Positions 59,499-64,000 of a DNA stretch of 64,000 bases are shown here, one piece after another; position 1 is the first letter of the stretch, and every line of letters begins with the position of its first letter. The notes beneath the pieces were generated by a model. That model made no database searches and was not told the origin of the DNA. It saw only the letters and a program-made list of their open reading frames with translations. The translations under genes were made by a program, and so were the position numbers. Source of the DNA: Candidatus Magasanikiibacteriota bacterium (GTDB taxonomy: Bacteria > Patescibacteriota > Patescibacteriia > Magasanikbacterales > UBA922); contig CAILTG010000021.1 of NCBI GenBank assembly GCA_903837125.1, positions 11,627 to 75,626 of the forward strand. The letters run 5' to 3'.

Positions 59499-59681
59499 AA
59501 ATTAGTAATAAATAATAATTGAAAAAATTGGCTTATTAAACGATTTAATGAATTGTATTTCTGAAAAAATACCCATACAAGTTTAACCTAATAAACTTAA
59601 CTTGAATTAAGTTAACCACTAGTAGTGTTTTTTGTCAAAGACCGGCTGTTAATAACCTGTGACTTCATTATTTTCTATTTC

Positions 59682-60068
59682 TTAATCCACCGGGATCACA
59701 TATTTCCTCAGCACAAACTTATCCGGCATTCTTTCCACATATATACTAATTTGTTCAAACATAATCGGCGTGATTCCAATATCTATATTATTCTCAAAAC
59801 AATAACTTTGGCAAGCTTTAAAAAACTTCTTCATTTTTTCTTCATCCACAGCTCGTTCGGCACTGCCCTCGCCATAACTTCTGGTTTTTACTTCTATAAA
59901 CGATAATTTTTTTAATTTATCATAATTATCATAATGGCTGGCAATAATATCCACCTCACCTTGAGGTATAGAATAATTACGCTTAACAATTTCATAACCA
60001 GCTTTAATTAAAAAAAGTGAGGCCTGCTCCTCACCCCACTGTCCCAATTTTTGCTTAGCGGTCTGCAT
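59682..60068 (-). CDS. yraN: YraN family (UPF0102) nuclease-like protein
   Basis: LGQWGEEQA..FL...GY.I..RNY....GEVDIIA...FIEVKTR. Confidence 0.88.
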   Translation of the reverse strand: MQTAKQKLGQWGEEQASLFLIKAGYEIVKRNYSIPQGEVDIIASHYDNYDKLKKLSFIEVKTRSYGEGSAERAVDEEKMKKFFKACQSYCFENNIDIGITPIMFEQISIYVERMPDKFVLRKYVIPVD

Positions 60069-60137
60069 AAATTACAAATTTGAAATTTTCAATTTGAAAT
60101 TTAAAAACAATTTATAATTTTAAATTAAAAATTATTA

Positions 60138-60689
60138 CTAATCGTGTTTATAAAACACCATTCCCCTAAGATAATTGCCAACTGCAAAATCTTCTTGTAA
60201 AACCAAACCATGAGTAGTAATCCACAATTTAGTTTGTTCAAAATTTACTAAATTTTCTGCTGCTGGAGCAAATGGTAAATTACTACCAGCCCAATCCACT
60301 ATGAGCAATCTAGATTTACTTTTTAACAATCTTAAAACTTCCTGTAAAAAAGAACCATTATCTTTTACCTGATTTAAAACGTTTATGACAAAAGCAACAT
60401 CCAAAGTATGAGCAGGAATGGCGGTATAACCAACCCGTTCTAAATCCGCCCAAACTGTTTGCACATTTATTAAGTTGGAATCTTGTGCCCGCTTTTTAAT
60501 CATTTGAAGCACATCTTTCAAAACATCCACCGCATAAATAACTCCTCGTTCACCAACAATTGCCGAAGCAGTGAAAACAACATGGCCAGTGCGGCCGCAA
60601 CCCAAATCAGCAGTATGCATTCCTTCACGCAATTGCACTTTTTCAAATAACAGAGAGGGATCAATTAATTTATTGCCAGAGTGATACAT
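60138..60689 (-). CDS. Class I SAM-dependent methyltransferase
   Basis: ADLGCGRTG, YAVDV, LLIVDW. Confidence 0.85.
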   Translation of the reverse strand: MYHSGNKLIDPSLLFEKVQLREGMHTADLGCGRTGHVVFTASAIVGERGVIYAVDVLKDVLQMIKKRAQDSNLINVQTVWADLERVGYTAIPAHTLDVAFVINVLNQVKDNGSFLQEVLRLLKSKSRLLIVDWAGSNLPFAPAAENLVNFEQTKLWITTHGLVLQEDFAVGNYLRGMVFYKHD

Positions 60690-60722
60690 AACATTGAGAC
60701 AATATATATTGTATGCTGTTAA

Positions 60723-60971
60723 TTATTTATTAAGACCAAACAATCTACCAAAAGTATTTAAAATTACTGTACCCAACATGCCTGTCATACCCATCATTGA
60801 GAGCACAATAAAAATAATCCCAATTAATTTGTACATCAACCGCGAACCACCCGAAGTACCTAAATGTTGTTCAGCCCAATCAATAGCACCAAAATTCTGC
60901 AAAAACCACTCAGTTTTAATTACCAAGACTACCCCCAACAAAATTACTAAAACACCAAAAAAATACATCAT
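60723..60971 (-). CDS. Small two-TM membrane protein
   Basis: Two hydrophobic helices around WAEQHLGTSGGSRLMYKLIG. Confidence 0.7.
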   Translation of the reverse strand: MMYFFGVLVILLGVVLVIKTEWFLQNFGAIDWAEQHLGTSGGSRLMYKLIGIIFIVLSMMGMTGMLGTVILNTFGRLFGLNK

Positions 60972-61064
60972 AAAATTGCTAATTTTTTACACAAATAAAC
61001 ACTAATAGCTACATTATACACAATTTAACCTAACCACTCAACCACCTGACTACCATATCACACA

Positions 61065-61089
61065 AAAGACACCCTAGAAGGGCGTCTTT
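61065..61089 (-). terminator. Probable intrinsic terminator
   Basis: aaagacaccc-tagaa-gggcgtcttt (one G-U pair on the minus strand). Confidence 0.6.
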
Positions 61090-61119
61090 AATAATTTCTA
61101 ATCTAAACTCTCCAATAAT

Positions 61120-61518
61120 TTATTTCTCTTTATGAAAAATTGCATCTTTAATTAGGGGTACTGCTAAATCGAGCGTATCATAAAACTCTGGCGGCTGTTT
61201 TGCCAACCTTGGATTAATAATCGGCTGGCCAGTAGAAGCATCTTTTCCAATTGATAAATCATAAAGAGCCAAACTTACAAACATATCAAAACCCTTCTCA
61301 GTTAAATTACCACTCTGATATTGTGCTAAGAAGTGAGCTAAATCATAAAATGCATCAGCTTCACCAGGTAAATAATTTTCCAAACTTTCCAACTTTTCCC
61401 TTGCGCTAGGAACTTTTCCCTCTACTTTTCCATCCTTTGGGGCATCCGCCCCAGAAGAAGCCACACCATTATCTACACCTGCAACAACAGGTGGACGACC
61501 ATCTGAAAAATCTCCCAT
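61120..61518 (-). CDS. Hypothetical protein
   Basis: 132-aa ORF with its own consensus promoter and terminator. Confidence 0.7.
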   Translation of the reverse strand: MGDFSDGRPPVVAGVDNGVASSGADAPKDGKVEGKVPSAREKLESLENYLPGEADAFYDLAHFLAQYQSGNLTEKGFDMFVSLALYDLSIGKDASTGQPIINPRLAKQPPEFYDTLDLAVPLIKDAIFHKEK

Positions 61519-61559
61519 ATCTATATAATTAAGTAAATAAATTACTCATTACCGACAAT

Positions 61560-61588
61560 ATTATAGCACATTTTTACTATTTTGTCAA
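61560..61588 (-). promoter_or_regulatory. Sigma70 consensus promoter
   Basis: TTGACA-17 nt-TATAAT with TG extension. Confidence 0.8.
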
Positions 61589-61667
61589 TATCGTTTTTTG
61601 ACTAATTTAAGCCAAAGATGCACTTTCGTACGTCTCAACTTTATAAACTTTATGAACTCTAAAAACT

Positions 61668-62999
61668 CTAATACACTTCCAAATACCGTTCCCTCTCCCA
61701 TTCGCTAACATGAATTCTAAAATCGTCCCATTCTTTCATCTTGATATCATAATAACGCTTAAATATTTCTTCACCCAAAACAGCTTTAATTAAATCATCT
61801 TTGGCCAAGGCACGAAGAGCGCCATATAAATCACGTGGCACCGTATCAATACCGCGATTAATAATTTCTTCTGGCGTCATTTCGTAAGTGGATTCTTCAA
61901 CTGGTGCTGGAGCCTTAAGACCTTTTTTAATACCATCTAACCCAGCAGCCAACATTACGGCATAAGCCAAATAAGGATTGCAAGTTGGATCTGGGCAGCG
62001 TAATTCACAACGAGTAGAACTAGGTTTTTCTGGATTAACTCTAGGAATTCTAATTAAAGCCGAACGATTGGTTTGTCCCCAAGAAATATACACTGGCGCT
62101 TCATAACCCACCACCAAACGCTTATATGAATTTACTGTAGGATTGGTGATAGCATTCATGGCTTTAATATGTGCCAATTGTCCAGCAATAAATTGCAAAG
62201 CAATATCTGATAAATTATATTTATTCTCGGCTGAGAAAAAAGCGTTTTTGCCGTTTTGAAACAAGCTCTGATTAGTATGCATGCCAGAACCGTTAATTCC
62301 AAAAAATGGCTTAGCCATAAAAGTAGTATGCAAACCCATTTTTTGGGCCACCATTTTTAAAGCATATTTAAAAGTCATGGTATTATCAGCGGTTTTAATC
62401 GGTTCATCATATTTAAAATTAATTTCATGCTGGCCATCAGCCACTTCATGATGGAGTGCTTCCACATCCATGCCAAAACCCTGAAGAGCCAAGCTCATGG
62501 CGTTGCGCACTGCTGAGGCGCCATCAATGGTCTGATCAAAATATCCTGCTTTATCATGTGGTAATTTAGCCAAGGTGCCATCCTCATTTCTTTTTAACAA
62601 AAAGAACTCTAATTCCGGCGCCACAAAATAATCAAGACCTAATTTTTTAGCTTCCATCACTTGGCGTTTCAAAATATAACGTGGATCACCCACAAATGGC
62701 TCTCCATCTGGCATAAAAACATCACAAACAATTCTGGCCTCGGCATAACCATTATTTTTAGTCCAAGGAATAACTTTAAATGTTTGTAAATCCGGACGGA
62801 GCAACATGTCTGATTCAGAAATTCTCGCAAAACCTTCAATTGATGAACCATCAAACCACTTACCATGTTCTATTACTTCCCCCAATTGATGCACTGGAAT
62901 AGTTACGGCTTTTAAAATTCCCAAAAGATCAGAAAACTGCAGGTGTACAAACTTCACCCGATGTTTGATTATTTCCTCCTTGATTTGTTCAATTTGCAT
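61668..62999 (-). CDS. glnA: Glutamine synthetase type I (GSI-alpha-like)
   Basis: FDGSSIEGF.RI.ESDM, PELEFFL, HHEVA.GQHEI, FMAKP..G.NGSGMH, NSYKRLV.GYEAP, NRSALIRIP, E.RCPDP..NPY; start placed at ATG 62999 (MQIEQIK). Confidence 0.97.
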   Translation of the reverse strand: MQIEQIKEEIIKHRVKFVHLQFSDLLGILKAVTIPVHQLGEVIEHGKWFDGSSIEGFARISESDMLLRPDLQTFKVIPWTKNNGYAEARIVCDVFMPDGEPFVGDPRYILKRQVMEAKKLGLDYFVAPELEFFLLKRNEDGTLAKLPHDKAGYFDQTIDGASAVRNAMSLALQGFGMDVEALHHEVADGQHEINFKYDEPIKTADNTMTFKYALKMVAQKMGLHTTFMAKPFFGINGSGMHTNQSLFQNGKNAFFSAENKYNLSDIALQFIAGQLAHIKAMNAITNPTVNSYKRLVVGYEAPVYISWGQTNRSALIRIPRVNPEKPSSTRCELRCPDPTCNPYLAYAVMLAAGLDGIKKGLKAPAPVEESTYEMTPEEIINRGIDTVPRDLYGALRALAKDDLIKAVLGEEIFKRYYDIKMKEWDDFRIHVSEWERERYLEVY

Positions 63000-63023
63000 A
63001 TGATTTAAATTAAAATTAATCTG

Positions 63024-63095
63024 CTGCCAGGGAAGGAATCGAACCCTCACTAACCTCGTTAACAGCGAGGCGTTTTACCATTAAACTACCTGGCA
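63024..63095 (-). tRNA. tRNA-Asn (anticodon GTT)
   Basis: TGCCAGG/CCTGGCA acceptor stem, D-arm GTTTAATGGTAAAAC, anticodon arm CCTCG-CT-GTT-AA-CGAGG, T-loop TTCGATT, discriminator G. Confidence 0.95.
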
Positions 63096-63097
63096 AT

Positions 63098-63131
63098 AAA
63101 AAAAGATAAACCCGCCAGTGAGGCGGGTTTA
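63098..63131 (-). terminator. Attenuator terminator upstream of tRNA-Asn-glnA
   Basis: UAAACCCGCC-ucacu-GGCGGGUUUA perfect 10-bp stem followed by UCUUUUUUU, ending 2 nt before the tRNA. Confidence 0.85.
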
Positions 63132-63166
63132 GTTGTTTATGTAGATAAGCAAACTAGGCCCGTCTC
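63120..63166 (-). promoter_or_regulatory. Antiterminator helix of the attenuator
   Basis: GAGACGGGCCUAGUU (63166-63152, spanning the leader stop codon) pairs at 12 of 15 positions with AACUAAACCCGCCUC (63134-63120), which contains the terminator 5' arm. Confidence 0.75.
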
Positions 63167-63216
63167 TTGGGTTTATTATTATTATTGTTATTATTGTTCT
63201 GAATATATAATTTCAT
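63154..63216 (-). CDS. Poly-Asn attenuator leader peptide MKLYIQNNNNNNNNKPKRRA
   Basis: ATG AAA TTA TAT ATT CAG AAC AAT AAT AAC AAT AAT AAT AAT AAA CCC AAG AGA CGG GCC TAG read from the minus strand; too short for the ORF track. Confidence 0.8.
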   Translation of the reverse strand: MKLYIQNNNNNNNNKPKRRA

Positions 63217-63225
63217 AACATATTT

Positions 63226-63254
63226 ACTTTAGCACAGTAAAATAATACTGGCAA
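63226..63254 (-). promoter_or_regulatory. Sigma70 promoter of the leader-tRNA-Asn-glnA unit
   Basis: TTGCCA-17 nt-TAAAGT with TG extension; leader ATG lies 9 nt after the -10 box (near-leaderless mRNA). Confidence 0.7.
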
Positions 63255-63367
63255 ATTGGTTATCCCCAGGGTATGATTCCAACCTAGTTAACCTAGCCAA
63301 CTTTAACAACTCAGCTTCATTGACCAATTTTCATAATTTTTATATACTTGAGACATTAAAATATTCT

Positions 63368-64000
63368 ATGAAAAAAATACTTCTAATAATTTTGGTAATC
63401 ATTATTGCCGTGGCAATTTACCTAAATCGCGCTTATGCACATATTTATAATATGATTGGCGAAAAAAATCTTCTGGCTCCCACAGAAAAAAACTACACAG
63501 TTGGTGATAAGAATGCCAAAAATAAAATAAAAATTGTCTTTTTAGGCGATAGTTTAACTGCAGGGGTTGGTGCAAGTTCATTTCAAAACACCTACCCCTA
63601 TTTAGTTGCTGAAAAAATTTCGCAAATTGAAAAAGTACCAGTAGAAGTAATAAATCTAGGTACACCAGGAGCAAAAACAATTGACGTTTTAAACAACCAA
63701 ATAAAAATTGCCAACGAATTTCAACCAAATAAAATTTATGTTTTCATTGGCATTAACGACATGCATAATCGAATTTCAATAAACAAAATGAAAAACAACC
63801 TAGAAAAAATTATTACCAGCTTAAATTTAGACAAAAAAAATATATATTTAATCAACATACCTTATCTAGGGTCGTTTCTACCACCTTACAAAATATATTT
63901 TGACTGGCAAACAAAAAAATATAATCAAATGTTTAGTGATCTTAAAAATACTGGAGTAAATTTTGTTGATCTTTTTTCCAGAACTAAAAACAATTTTTAC
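63368..64000 (+). CDS. Partial SGNH/GDSL hydrolase with N-terminal membrane anchor
   Basis: Manual translation MKKILLIILVIIIAVAIY...IVFLGDSLTAGVGA...NLGTPGA...FIGIND; runs off the window edge. Confidence 0.85.
   Translation, partial: MKKILLIILVIIIAVAIYLNRAYAHIYNMIGEKNLLAPTEKNYTVGDKNAKNKIKIVFLGDSLTAGVGASSFQNTYPYLVAEKISQIEKVPVEVINLGTPGAKTIDVLNNQIKIANEFQPNKIYVFIGINDMHNRISINKMKNNLEKIITSLNLDKKNIYLINIPYLGSFLPPYKIYFDWQTKKYNQMFSDLKNTGVNFVDLFSRTKNNFY

Noticed and set aside
63000-63050. ORF-track N-terminal extension of glnA (MRVRFLPWQQ...)
   Set aside because: It overlaps the T-arm and acceptor stem of tRNA-Asn; ATG at 62999 gives a normal-length GSI.
63175-63198. (AAT)n run as a mere microsatellite
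   Set aside because: It is in frame in an ATG-to-TAG ORF, mixes synonymous AAC/AAT codons, and lies between a promoter and an antiterminator/terminator pair ahead of tRNA-Asn.
650-63728. Numerous 60-170 aa ORFs antisense to or nested within long genes
   Set aside because: No motifs or independent signals; explained as shadows of the real genes (e.g. 63402..63728 is antisense to the GDSL gene).

Overview
AT-rich bacterial chromosome segment, mostly coded on the minus strand. Gene content, tight operons, near-consensus sigma70 promoters and scarce Shine-Dalgarno sites suggest a Patescibacteria/CPR organism (Parcubacteria/ABY1-like); this is inference. Contents in order: 5' end of a PilB/GspE-type ATPase with a divergent PAS kinase and receiver, a glycosyltransferase cluster, RNase P RNA, and a ~20 kb co-directional run (valS, tyrS, argS, pyrD, a putative small-molecule synthesis + sensor cassette, tRNA-Leu, proA-proB-proC). 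After that come two tandem gpmI genes, a small GC-rich island, yidC, nusA, surface proteins, a 2633-aa Rhs toxin with two candidate immunity genes, and tRNA-Asn-glnA. The main finding is an unannotated ribosome-dependent attenuator upstream of tRNA-Asn and glnA: promoter, 20-aa leader peptide with eight consecutive Asn codons (MKLYIQNNNNNNNNKPKRRA), antiterminator and intrinsic terminator. Other highlights: a dehydrogenase + PaaK-like ligase + Rv1355c-type ThiF + nitroreductase + 7TM kinase cassette, palindromic elements inserted in frame in genes, dispersed 6-9-mer tandem repeats, and a (TA)n-frameshifted immunity-like gene. No CRISPR array, rRNA, transposase or integrase was seen. Protein calls come from motif recognition by eye, not database searches.
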